Assembly: GCA_037305845.1 (NCBI GenBank)
Contig: CP147778.1
Span: 1,952,001-2,016,000, forward strand
DNA length: 64,000 nt
Reading direction: 5' to 3'
Source: Candidatus Freyarchaeum deiterrae
GTDB taxonomy: Archaea > Asgardarchaeota > Jordiarchaeia > Jordiarchaeales > Jordiarchaeaceae
A program made the position numbers and the translations under genes. This document shows positions 39,965 through 50,034 of this stretch, one piece after another. Under the pieces are notes generated by a model. The model was not told the origin of the DNA and made no database searches. It saw nothing but the letters and a program-made list of their open reading frames with translations. Each line of letters opens with the position of its first letter. Positions within the stretch are counted from its first letter, which is position 1.

Positions 39965-40075
39965 AACGCAAAGGATTATTTATTAACGAATTAATGCATT
40001 CACGTATTTAGAACTTAGATGCGTTTGAAACTTCTTTAAATATCTGAAAAAATAAGGGTAAAGAGAGCTTGGTCT

Positions 40076-41347
40076 TTACTCTTCGGGTAGTTTATTCTCA
40101 GAAGCCGAGGCTCCCTCTGTTGCTTTCCCAGTTAGTGCGTTTATTTGCTGCTGTATGGTTCTCATTTCTCCACGAATTCTTGCTCTCTGCGCAGCATACT
40201 CAGCTTTCTGTAAAGCTCCAGCCTGGTACCTTTTAGTAATATAGTCTAACTGGCTCCCAAGAGAGCGCGACCTCGACTCTAAGCTCTCTAACTCTTCGCG
40301 TTTGGCTGCATCAGTCAGTAGAGGTGAGGTTGCTGGTATCGAACGTGTGCTCGTACGAATTGTTTCAGAAATCTTTCCTTGAGAAAGCACCCTCGCTGCA
40401 AAGTCTCTAAATTCATCGAGAAACACATCAAATCTCTTTCTCAGAGTAACAACTTCACTCATTAACTTGTCAATTTCAGGCGTGTAGGCAGCAGCTATTG
40501 ATTGCGTTGTTTTTGCCCTGCCTTGCAAAGGTCTTGTAGCCAGAACTGGTTTAACTCTTTCCTCAACCAACTCCTCCTCTTCCTCCTCCTGTGGAGCACT
40601 TGATTCTGTTACCTCTTCTTCCACTACTTTTTTAGAGGCTGGTTTGGTGGGGGCGACTTTGGGTTTCGAAGGTATAACCACCCATTTAAATATATTTTTT
40701 AACAGAACCATATTTTGTGAAGTATTAAGTCCACCCATTATTCGATCCCTGAACATTTCATACGATCCTAGGGCAACAACTTTTCCGTTCCCATAATTAG
40801 AAACAGCCAAAACAGGGGCATCGGGCGGCTGTGCAGTTCTGCTTGTGATAGCTAATGCTTCTGCTTCTCCCACGAGTTTTATGCTGCAGCCCGCGGAATA
40901 AGCTAATTCTGATAGTCCTTCGGTTACAGGGTGATCCTTAAATTTCGTAATTTTGGGAAGGTTTTCCATACCTAGATTTTGTCTCTCATCAAATAACTGA
41001 TTATTCTGAAATGATACTCCAAAATTCTCGGCTAACTCGTTAAGATTGGTTCTCAGTCCGGGATCACCGCCCGCATGGCTTAATAAAACAACTCCACCAC
41101 CTCTGGAAACAAAATCTAAAACAGTTCTGATTTCTGCGGGTTGTATCTTAGACTGATCTGGACAAGGAAAAACTAACGCATTGAAATCCTTCAATTTATC
41201 CAGGGTGATTGGAAAATCAACAAATCTTATGCTCTGAATACCCTCAGTTTCCAATACTCCTTTGACAGCTGAATAACTAGTAGTGATACGTCCGCGTTCC
41301 TTTTGCGTTTCATCAAAAAGGACACGCCACTTAATTTCAGCCAACAA
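40076..41347 (-). CDS. GIFT (GldG/IFT52)-domain protein with low-complexity linker and C-terminal helical hairpin
   Basis: VLFDE..KE, ITLDKL, FVSRGGGV.LL..GG....TNLN.LAENFGV; TTG start after GGAGGT; no signal peptide. Confidence 0.72.
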   Translation of the reverse strand: MLAEIKWRVLFDETQKERGRITTSYSAVKGVLETEGIQSIRFVDFPITLDKLKDFNALVFPCPDQSKIQPAEIRTVLDFVSRGGGVVLLSHAGGDPGLRTNLNELAENFGVSFQNNQLFDERQNLGMENLPKITKFKDHPVTEGLSELAYSAGCSIKLVGEAEALAITSRTAQPPDAPVLAVSNYGNGKVVALGSYEMFRDRIMGGLNTSQNMVLLKNIFKWVVIPSKPKVAPTKPASKKVVEEEVTESSAPQEEEEEELVEERVKPVLATRPLQGRAKTTQSIAAAYTPEIDKLMSEVVTLRKRFDVFLDEFRDFAARVLSQGKISETIRTSTRSIPATSPLLTDAAKREELESLESRSRSLGSQLDYITKRYQAGALQKAEYAAQRARIRGEMRTIQQQINALTGKATEGASASENKLPEE

Positions 41348-41538
41348 TAAACCTCCTATCATCGGATGAGTAAACACTTTCAACCTATTTTTCAAAAGGC
41401 TCTAAAAAAATATTTTAGAACTAACCTTTTAACCTTTTTTTCTATTCAGGTATTTAAGAACCTCAAATAATATTTTGTCGCTCATAATTAATAAAATTTT
41501 ACTATTTTTACGCAATATATTTCCATGGTGAATCCCAA

Positions 41539-41961
41539 TCAAAGGTCTATAAGGAAAAGACCTGTAGCTTCATCCTCGCTACGATTAATTTTTCTACTGA
41601 TTTCCATCAAAAATATTTCACAAGTAATAGACACAATACACCCATTTAAAACATGCCCACCTAATGCTCTTCCCTCCCTATCACCAACCACTATGTGGGC
41701 GTGAACTGTGGCTTTCCCCTCGCGATAGGAGATGTTCCCAATACAAGAAACCACTTCCAAATCAGATTTCAATTTTATGGATTTATATTTGTCTTTATCG
41801 AAAAAGCCTATATTAGCTTCGGATAAGGCTCCAATAGCGCTGAAAAATCCGGAAATCAAATCATATTTTTTGGCCAGCGTCTCAAGAGAATCCAGTAAAT
41901 CCTCTCCCTTTTCCAGTTTCGCTACAATAATTCTTTTACTGGAAGATTCTATTGATTTCAT
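41539..41961 (-). CDS. PPC/DUF296 domain protein
   Basis: LEKGEDL, AIGAL, EVVS..GNI, HAH, GGHV. Confidence 0.9.
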   Translation of the reverse strand: MKSIESSSKRIIVAKLEKGEDLLDSLETLAKKYDLISGFFSAIGALSEANIGFFDKDKYKSIKLKSDLEVVSCIGNISYREGKATVHAHIVVGDREGRALGGHVLNGCIVSITCEIFLMEISRKINRSEDEATGLFLIDL

Positions 41962-42172
41962 CTCCTTCACCTTTCGCGACGTAGAGTGCAACTTATTAAT
42001 TTTTAGGCATTTCTTATTTTTTAATTGAATAATTTCTTTACCATTCGGTAGACTTATTTATGTTTTTACACTTGAATAATTTGATTTTATAATTCTGTTT
42101 AAATGGCGCCCTCAAATTAAAACGAATCCTAATAAATAGCACCCGTCAAGAGGTAAAAGCTGGGAGAAAAAC

Positions 42173-44875
42173 ATGTCTGAAAGGGTAGGTCTGCTAAAAT
42201 ATATACCATCTACTCCTGCCCAGAAAACCGAAGACCCCCTAAAAAAAGCAGAAGAAGCAGAGACGGGTCTCGTAGAGACTAACGAAGAAGAAGAGGGCAG
42301 TGAAGAAGAAGAGGAAGAAGCAGAAGAAGTAGAGTTCAAGGGTCTGCCTTACTTCTGCCCAGAAAATTATGAACCTGGATCACTGCTATCAGTAGAATAT
42401 GATGGAAAAAATAACCTTGCCTTCGCACGTTTATACGATTCTAAAAACAAGAGACTCTTTTGTTGGTATGATAACACCAACCATCATCCCTATTGTTATT
42501 CTGATCTCGACGAAGAAAAATTAAGAGCATTCAGAAACGGTCAAGTGGTAAAACACAAAGGTTTTCTAGGCTTAGAAGAAGTTGAGAAAATCGACCTCTT
42601 ATTAGATAAGCCTAAGAAAATGACAAAAATTTTGGCAACAGATCCACTTGCGATAGGTGGCACCAGTAGTTCCATAAGAGAAATCCTGCCCAAAGCCTGG
42701 GAAGCAAAAATCAGATACCATGATAACTTTATATTCGATAAAGACCTGATTCCCGGACTCTTCTACAGAATAGAAAAAGGGAATATAACTCCAGCCCCAT
42801 ATGAAATCCCTACTTCATTAAAAAAAGAATTAGAACTGGCTCTCGGAAACGAAGAAGCACCAGAATTCGAGGATGTGCTAAACGAATTCCTACCCCTGTT
42901 TCTAACACCAGTGCCCGATATTAAAAGAGCCGCCCTAGACATCGAAGTTTACGCACCCATAAGAGACAGGATACCCGACTCAACAGCGGCGGAAAATCAA
43001 GTAATATGCGTGTCTCTAGTTTCCAGCGAAAACGCGAACATAATTTTTCTTCTAAAGAGAAAAGAAGTTGAAACTGGAGATAAACCAAAAGACTTCCCCA
43101 AAGATGCTAGGATAGAGTACTTCGAAAATGAAGCTCAAATGTTAACAAGAGTTTTCAGAGCAATGAGCGATTATCCCATAATCCTCACCTTCAACGGAGA
43201 TAACTTCGACCTGAGATACCTCTACAATAGAGCTCTTAGACTCGGCATCAAGAACGAAGAGATACCCATAGTTCTAACCAAAGAATTCGCCTACATCTCA
43301 ACCTCCATCCACATTGATTTATACCGGTTTTTCCACAACCGTTCCATCCAAGTTTACGCCTTTTCAGACCGCTACAAAGAAGAAACACTGGACGCCATCG
43401 CCAAAGCCCTCTTAAACATCGGAAAAATCAGCCTCGACAAATCAATCCACGAGCTGTCACTACTCGATCTAGCTTACTACTGCTGGGGAGACTCATACAT
43501 TACACTGAAATTAACCCAATTCGACGATAATCTGGTCATGAAACTAATAATCCTACTCATGCGCATCTCCCGCCTCTCAATGGAGGACCTAACAAGACAA
43601 GGCGTCTCCTCATGGATAAAAAACCTCTTCTACTACGAACACCGCAGAAGAAACTACCTCATACCCCTCCCAGAGGAGATAAACCGCATAAAAGGAATAG
43701 GCCAAACAAAAGCAATCATCAAAGACAAAAAATTCAGAGGAGCCATCGTAGTCGAACCAGAAGCCGGAGTCCACTTCGACGTAGCCGTACTCGACTTCGC
43801 CTCCCTATACCCCAGCATCATAAAAGAATACAACTTGAGCTACGAAACCGTAAGATGCCCACACAACGAATGCAGAACAAACATAGTCCCAGAAACAAAC
43901 CACTGGGTATGCACAAAACGAAAAGGGATAACATCCATAATAATCGGCTTCCTAAGAGACATACGCATAAAATGGTTCAAACCAAGATCCAAATCCAGCT
44001 CACTGAAAGAAGAAGAGAGAAAATGGAACGCCATAATCGAAAGAGCCCTAAAAGTCTACCTAAACGCCAGCTACGGCGTCTTCGGCAATGAGCCATTTCC
44101 CTTTTACTGCTTACCAGTAGCCGAAAGCACCGCAGCCATCGGAAGATACGCCATCCAGCAAGCAATAACCAAAGCAAAAAACCTAGGACTACACGTAATC
44201 TACGGCGACACGGACAGCGTCTTCATAAAAAACCCCTCAGAAAAAAATATCACAGAACTAAGAAACTGGACCAAACAAGAACTCAGAGTAGACCTCGACG
44301 TCGATTCACGATATCGCTACCTATGTCTTAGCGAGAGAAAAAAGAACTATCTTGGGGTTTACATGGACGGGTCTGTGAATATTAAGGGTCTCACCGGGAA
44401 AAAGAGGAACACTCCACAATTCGCTCAACAAGCCTTCCTCAAAATGGTGGAAACTCTAAGCCATGTTCAGTCTGTAAACGACTTTGATAAAGCCAAGAAA
44501 GAAATCCAAGAAATTGCAAAAACCTGCTATAACAAAATAAAAAACAGGGAATTCAGCTTAGAAGATTTCGCATTCCACGTTATGCTGAGCAAAAATCTTT
44601 CTTCCTATACCAAGACCACACCGCAGCATGTTAAAGCTGCTAGGCAACTGAGTAAAAACGGGAAAGAGCTCAAACCCGGCGATATAATTTCTTTCGTAAA
44701 AGTCAGGGGTAAGGACGGAGTGCGACCGGTTGAACTTGCCGTTAAGGAGGAGATTGATACCGATAAATATAAAGAATATCTAAAAACTACATTCGACCAA
44801 ATATTAGATAGTCTCGGAATCAGCTTTGATAGAATTGTAGGAATAACAAAACTCGAAAGCTGGATGTCGGGTTAA
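42173..44875 (+). CDS. polB1: Family B DNA polymerase, PolB1 type
   Basis: DIEV, FNGDNFD, DFASLYPSII, KxxxNASYG, YGDTDS, KKNY; RCPH..C insert typical of B1. Confidence 0.93.
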   Translation: MSERVGLLKYIPSTPAQKTEDPLKKAEEAETGLVETNEEEEGSEEEEEEAEEVEFKGLPYFCPENYEPGSLLSVEYDGKNNLAFARLYDSKNKRLFCWYDNTNHHPYCYSDLDEEKLRAFRNGQVVKHKGFLGLEEVEKIDLLLDKPKKMTKILATDPLAIGGTSSSIREILPKAWEAKIRYHDNFIFDKDLIPGLFYRIEKGNITPAPYEIPTSLKKELELALGNEEAPEFEDVLNEFLPLFLTPVPDIKRAALDIEVYAPIRDRIPDSTAAENQVICVSLVSSENANIIFLLKRKEVETGDKPKDFPKDARIEYFENEAQMLTRVFRAMSDYPIILTFNGDNFDLRYLYNRALRLGIKNEEIPIVLTKEFAYISTSIHIDLYRFFHNRSIQVYAFSDRYKEETLDAIAKALLNIGKISLDKSIHELSLLDLAYYCWGDSYITLKLTQFDDNLVMKLIILLMRISRLSMEDLTRQGVSSWIKNLFYYEHRRRNYLIPLPEEINRIKGIGQTKAIIKDKKFRGAIVVEPEAGVHFDVAVLDFASLYPSIIKEYNLSYETVRCPHNECRTNIVPETNHWVCTKRKGITSIIIGFLRDIRIKWFKPRSKSSSLKEEERKWNAIIERALKVYLNASYGVFGNEPFPFYCLPVAESTAAIGRYAIQQAITKAKNLGLHVIYGDTDSVFIKNPSEKNITELRNWTKQELRVDLDVDSRYRYLCLSERKKNYLGVYMDGSVNIKGLTGKKRNTPQFAQQAFLKMVETLSHVQSVNDFDKAKKEIQEIAKTCYNKIKNREFSLEDFAFHVMLSKNLSSYTKTTPQHVKAARQLSKNGKELKPGDIISFVKVRGKDGVRPVELAVKEEIDTDKYKEYLKTTFDQILDSLGISFDRIVGITKLESWMSG

Positions 44876-44995
44876 AAATGGATAAAACCCGGATAAAGTT
44901 TGTGTTGTTGAGTATACGCAGTCACTAGAAGAGAGGAAATTTTAATCGAGTTATGGATTTGCATATCACTGTTATGAAACATGTGAGATAGTCGG

Positions 44996-45805
44996 GTGAT
45001 CAAAATTAGCGACAATAGGAACCTGTCTGGGGCAAACAAAATCGTGATTAAGATCGGGACGAGTAGCCTGACAGATGAAACGTTTAGGCTTGACCCACGT
45101 ATGGTCAAAAAGTTCACCAAAGAAATAATGGAGTTGAAAAGGCAAAACAAGAAAGTTATTCTAGTAACGTCTGGCGCTATCGGTGCTGGTATCGGGAGAC
45201 TCAATCTAAAGTCTAGGCCCAAAGATATGCAGTTGTTGCAGGCTGCGGCGGCAGTTGGACAGAACATTTTGATGAATACATATGATAGGTATTTCAGCAA
45301 ATACAATCAGACAATTGCTCAGGTACTGTTGACGTACGAAGACTTCTCAAACGGACATAGATATCTAAATCTTCGAAATACATTGATTACCTTGCTTAAC
45401 TCAGGAGTGATACCAATTATTAATGAGAATGACACCACAGCGGTGGACGAGATTAAAGTGGGTGACAACGACATGCTGTCCGCTCTGGTAGCAAGCAATC
45501 TTGGCGCAGATTTGTTGATTATTCTATCTGACATAGATGGTTTTTATACGTGTGATCCTAAGACAAGTAGGGAAGCCAAGCTGATCTCGACAATTGAGGA
45601 GATAACACCAGAACTTGAGCGAATCTGTGGAAATGAATCGTCGAGAGGAACGGGTGGGATGATGACTAAGATTCAGGCAGCCAAGATAACTATGAAGTCT
45701 GGCATTCCAATGATTATTGCGAATGGTGGGGAAAAAGCTGTCATAAGGAGAGTTATGAGCGGCGAATCGATTGGGACGATATTTCTGCCAAAGAAAGAAA
45801 AATGA
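44996..45805 (+). CDS. proB: Glutamate 5-kinase (no PUA domain)
   Basis: VIKIGTSSL, VTSGAI, AAVGQ, INEND, GDND, GTGGM.TK. Confidence 0.95.
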   Translation: MIKISDNRNLSGANKIVIKIGTSSLTDETFRLDPRMVKKFTKEIMELKRQNKKVILVTSGAIGAGIGRLNLKSRPKDMQLLQAAAAVGQNILMNTYDRYFSKYNQTIAQVLLTYEDFSNGHRYLNLRNTLITLLNSGVIPIINENDTTAVDEIKVGDNDMLSALVASNLGADLLIILSDIDGFYTCDPKTSREAKLISTIEEITPELERICGNESSRGTGGMMTKIQAAKITMKSGIPMIIANGGEKAVIRRVMSGESIGTIFLPKKEK

Positions 45806-45845
45806 AGCCAGAATCAGACCCAGAAATGATTCGGTGGTTATAGAA

Positions 45846-47153
45846 ATGGAACCCCAAAAAATAATGGAAAAAGCTCAAGCAGCGAGAAACGCTGCAATTA
45901 AGCTAGCCAACACTCCAACTAAGGACAAGGATAAAGCTTTACTTAGAATGGCTGAATCGATTAAACAGAACAAGAACAGAATACTTGAAGCCAACAGAAA
46001 GGATGTAGAGAACGCAAATAGAGAGAAGCTGCCAAAAGCACTGGTCGACAGGCTAAAGTTGGATGACTCAAAAATCGATGATATCACAAAAAGCCTAGAA
46101 AGTGTTGCAGGATTAGAAGACCCTGTTGGAAAAACGCTATCCGCCATTGAACTAGACAAAGGATTAGAACTTTTCAAAGTTTCTTGTCCCATCGGTGTGA
46201 TCGGCGCGATATTCGAATCAAGACCAGATGCCTTAGTTCAGATAGCCTCCCTTTGCCTGAAATCGGGCAACGCAGTAATCTTGAAGGGAGGCTCCGAAGC
46301 AAGGAACTCCAACGCAGTTCTGTTTGACATACTCCAATCATCAAGTCAGGGCATTCCAGAAGGCTGGATGCAATTGGCTGAGACAAGGGAAGACGTTAAG
46401 CAGATGCTGGAATTGGACAACTACTTAGACTTACTGGTTCCCAGGGGAAGTAACAAATTCGTGAAGTACATCCAAGAGAATACAAGCATCCCCGTCTTGG
46501 GCCATTCAGAAGGGATATGCCATGTTTACGTTGACAGAGATGCCGACCTAGACATGGCCGTAAACATATGCTATGATGCTAAAGTTCAGTATCCTGCAGC
46601 GTGTAATGCTGTAGAAACTATACTTGTTGATAAACCGATTGCAGGAGTGTTTCTGCCCGAGATTGCTGGTAGACTCACGAAGGCAGGGGTTAAAATCAAA
46701 GGATGCGGAGAGACGATAAAACTGTTGAAAAACTTCAAAATCGATGCAGTGGAAGATTGGCATGTAGAGTATAGCGACCTAATAGTATCAGTGAGAATAG
46801 TTGACGGTGTGGACGAAGCAATCAATCACATCAACAAGTATGGTTCTAAGCATACAGATGCCATAGTCACTGAGAATAGTGGAACAGCCCGTAGATTCTT
46901 GAACTTCGTTGATTCGTCCAGTGTAATGCATAATGCATCAACCCGTTTCAGCGATGGTTTCAGATACGGTAAGGGGGCAGAGGTCGGCATCAGCACAAAC
47001 AAAATACATGCGCGTGGGCCAGTCGGATTGGAAGGTTTAGTCATCTACAAATATCTGCTAGTTGGTAAAGGTAACACAGTAGCTGAATATATCGGACCAA
47101 ACGCCAAGAGATTCACACATAAAACACTGAACATTAAAAAATGGATGAGCTAA
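45846..47153 (+). CDS. proA: Gamma-glutamyl phosphate reductase
   Basis: FESRP, LKGGSEA, GICHVY, ACNAVET, NASTRFSDG, HARGPVGL. Confidence 0.96.
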   Translation: MEPQKIMEKAQAARNAAIKLANTPTKDKDKALLRMAESIKQNKNRILEANRKDVENANREKLPKALVDRLKLDDSKIDDITKSLESVAGLEDPVGKTLSAIELDKGLELFKVSCPIGVIGAIFESRPDALVQIASLCLKSGNAVILKGGSEARNSNAVLFDILQSSSQGIPEGWMQLAETREDVKQMLELDNYLDLLVPRGSNKFVKYIQENTSIPVLGHSEGICHVYVDRDADLDMAVNICYDAKVQYPAACNAVETILVDKPIAGVFLPEIAGRLTKAGVKIKGCGETIKLLKNFKIDAVEDWHVEYSDLIVSVRIVDGVDEAINHINKYGSKHTDAIVTENSGTARRFLNFVDSSSVMHNASTRFSDGFRYGKGAEVGISTNKIHARGPVGLEGLVIYKYLLVGKGNTVAEYIGPNAKRFTHKTLNIKKWMS

Positions 47154-47383
47154 TCTTAAACATCCCCTCGTGTTTTAGTCAAAATAACTTTAAATCTCCT
47201 AAAATATACTAAATTTTCCGCATATTATTTAAACCAAACCTATCACCAGAACTCCTTCGTTAGTTGTCTGCTATAAATACTCGTGGATTCTTGTTCCACC
47301 ACAACATTTTGTTTAACGCAAACTATTTATCAAATACTTGTGCTTTAATATAGTAACTATAAAAAATTTTATGAGGCTTAATA

Positions 47384-48388
47384 ATGGAAGTTCGAAACTT
47401 ATTGATTCGAAACGTTCTACCTATATTAGACCCAGTGAGTATTGGACAGTCCGCCGACTCGTTTCTAGCTGATTACGGGGGATACATGAAGCAAATAGCC
47501 GCCGTTGCTAAGCATGACTCTGGATTTGCTTTATACGAAAGTAATGTGGCGCCCATTCATGAAAAGTATGGCGACTTTTTTTCCACGATTGCAAACATCT
47601 CGGAAGCTGCGGGAATCAAGCTTTATGCCGTTCTTTACACGTTTATAGACAGCTACTATGGTGTGGACCCTGCCTATAAGACTTTTAATGCTAATGATGT
47701 CGCTAATGAAAACTTTGTTTGCCCTGCTCGGGAACCATTCTGGTCATACCTTCAAAGCGTTGCCGAAGAAGTGATTAAATATCCTATAGCTGGTGTTATA
47801 CTTTTAGGAAACACTTTTGTGAGGCAGGAATTTTGCTTCTGCGAGAAATGCAAAAAAGAATTCTCAGAAGCTGCACAAATAGATGCTTCGTTCACTTGGG
47901 ATGGACTGAGGGACAACGATCAACTTTTCTCCAAGTGGTTAGATTGGAGAGCTGAAAAAATGTACAACGCTATATCTGGAATCTACAATGTGGTTAAGAA
48001 GAAAGAAGGATTAGACTTCTTAGTCGGCGTTGACATAGACCCCGAGGCAAACTATGAGAAGGGAGCATTCAGGCACTTCGGACAAGACGTAGAGAAACTA
48101 TCCGGAATATCAGGGCACTTATTAATGAGTGTTAACCCATGGTCTCCAATTCTGCCTAGCGCCGGTTCTCAGGAATATAACACCAACCTCGAAAAAATGA
48201 GATTCATCGACAATATAACCGCTCGTAGAAGAAAAGTCTCCTTCAAATACTGGACTCTAGCCGATGAAAACGACTACGACACAATTAAGAGTATAGCTTC
48301 AAGATTCAAAGCCACAAAAATAGTTGCAGACCTGGCCTTTCCAGAAAAATTCAGAATATGGAGAGAAGCACATCTAAGCATGGCCTAA
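47384..48388 (+). CDS. Glycoside hydrolase-like TIM-barrel protein (GHL10/DUF187-like) with CxCxxC
   Basis: AGIKLYA, VCP, CFCEKCKKEF, WLDWR, FGQD. Confidence 0.55.
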   Translation: MEVRNLLIRNVLPILDPVSIGQSADSFLADYGGYMKQIAAVAKHDSGFALYESNVAPIHEKYGDFFSTIANISEAAGIKLYAVLYTFIDSYYGVDPAYKTFNANDVANENFVCPAREPFWSYLQSVAEEVIKYPIAGVILLGNTFVRQEFCFCEKCKKEFSEAAQIDASFTWDGLRDNDQLFSKWLDWRAEKMYNAISGIYNVVKKKEGLDFLVGVDIDPEANYEKGAFRHFGQDVEKLSGISGHLLMSVNPWSPILPSAGSQEYNTNLEKMRFIDNITARRRKVSFKYWTLADENDYDTIKSIASRFKATKIVADLAFPEKFRIWREAHLSMA

Positions 48389-48515
48389 ACCCTCCCCTCT
48401 TTTTATTAACCTAAGCCCTTTCAACTCACTGTTTTTTATAACTTCCCATAAAAAAGCCTAAATAAATTAATAAAAAGAACTTGAATTATAAACTTTTTTT
48501 GGAAAAGATTTCATT

Positions 48516-49178
48516 TCATCCACCCTTCTCTTCCCTATATTTTGTCAAATACCTTTTTACATCCTCGTCTGTCAAATCAAACCAGTTTTCATAGTAGTCT
48601 GCAACAGCGAACACATGAGCATCACTAACAACGAGGCACACTAGTTCGTCTGAAAATTTTTCCACTATTTTCAAAGAGCTTCTGGGAGAAACCGGAACAG
48701 CCACCACAACCCTTTCAGGTTTCTCCTTCCGTATGGATTTAACTGCTGCGACCATGGTATACCCTGAAGCCAAACCATCATCTACAACTATAACAGTCCG
48801 ATCTCTTATCCTCGGCTGTGGAGCATTTCCCCTAAATTCTCTCGTTCTCCTTTTCATCTCCTCAATAACCCCTTCTGCCAGTTCTTTAATCTCGCCCCTT
48901 TTCAAACCTAGCTGAGCTACTAGGGGTTCGTTTAACACTATTGTGCCGTCAACGGTTACTGCACCAAATCCAGCCTCAGGGTTCCAAGGAATCTGAATCT
49001 TACGGGTAATAATCATATCTAACTCCGAATTAAGCTCTAATGCTGCATAGACGCCAACGGGTACCCCTCCGCGAGGAATGGCGAGGATTATTACGTCTTT
49101 ATCCTTATATTTCTCCGCTAATCGTTTTCCGAGTTCCCTACCGGCGTGTTCCCGGTCTTTGAAAGTTGAGTAAGTCAT
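48516..49178 (-). CDS. Type I phosphoribosyltransferase family protein (COG1926)
   Basis: FKDREHAG..L, AIPRGGVP, VVDDGLASG, AVPV. Confidence 0.9.
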   Translation of the reverse strand: MTYSTFKDREHAGRELGKRLAEKYKDKDVIILAIPRGGVPVGVYAALELNSELDMIITRKIQIPWNPEAGFGAVTVDGTIVLNEPLVAQLGLKRGEIKELAEGVIEEMKRRTREFRGNAPQPRIRDRTVIVVDDGLASGYTMVAAVKSIRKEKPERVVVAVPVSPRSSLKIVEKFSDELVCLVVSDAHVFAVADYYENWFDLTDEDVKRYLTKYREEKGG

Positions 49179-49380
49179 CTAAAATCCCATGGTTTAAATT
49201 AATTCACGTTTTTCGGGAAATATTTATAAGGATTTAGTTATTTCAAAATTAGTAGATTAGTTAACAATTGTTAATATAAGTATAGATATAAAAAGCTTTA
49301 TGCTTTTCATTAATATCTGTAGAAAGAGGAAGAGAAATAAAAAATTAAAAACTGATTGAGTATCAGGAGGTATGTTTAAT

Positions 49381-49647
49381 ATGCCGAGTTCTAAAAAGAA
49401 GGAAAGTGGAATGGATGTTAAACCTGACCGTACATTAGATGCTATTGGACTTTACTGTCCAGAACCAATATTCAGAACAAAAGAGGAGATTGAAAAAGTA
49501 GAAGTAGGCCAAGTCTTGGAGATTCTAGCCGATGATCCGGCTGCAGAGGAAGACATTACCCGATGGGCCAAAAGAACCGGAAATCAGGTTTTAAAATATG
49601 AAAAGGATGGACGAACACTTCGATTTTTGGTGAAAAGATTAAAATAA
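49381..49647 (+). CDS. tusA: TusA/SirA sulfur carrier
   Basis: LDAIGLYCPEP, LEILADDP...DI..W. Confidence 0.9.
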   Translation: MPSSKKKESGMDVKPDRTLDAIGLYCPEPIFRTKEEIEKVEVGQVLEILADDPAAEEDITRWAKRTGNQVLKYEKDGRTLRFLVKRLK

Positions 49648-50034
49648 ATTGAATACCTGAAAAACAAATAAAAAAGATCTGACTAGCAAGAAACATTATA
49701 CAGATAAGGCTAAGCTTTCTCTCTAAAATACTATTACACTCTTTACTCAAATATTAGTGAGCTGCATGGACATAACTTTCTATATACATAATCCTTATTT
49801 CAGAGAGCGATAACAGTAAAAGTCAATCGGAAAAGATAATAATTGGAATATAACCATCTCTTGGAAATAATAAATTAAATATTATAGACTTACGCAAGCT
49901 TCTAGGCCGTTTAAAACTTCTGAAACCTGTACACTAGGAAAAACTCGACATGAAATAATTAGTGTGAAGGTACAAGCCACATAATACTAGAAGCAATAAC
50001 AATACTATAAAAAAATTTTTGTGAGGGATAAGCG

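Noticed and set aside
41539-41991. Possible JAMM deubiquitinase for the ubiquitin operon
   Set aside because: Motifs are PPC/DUF296 (HAH...GGH), not HxH-x7-S-x2-D
42240-42335. GAA-rich tandem repeat
   Set aside because: Encodes the poly-Glu N-terminal extension of PolB1; not an independent repeat element
43612-44091. 159-aa basic ORF nested in polB1
   Set aside because: By-product of the T-poor A/C patch, which removes stop codons in the alternate frame
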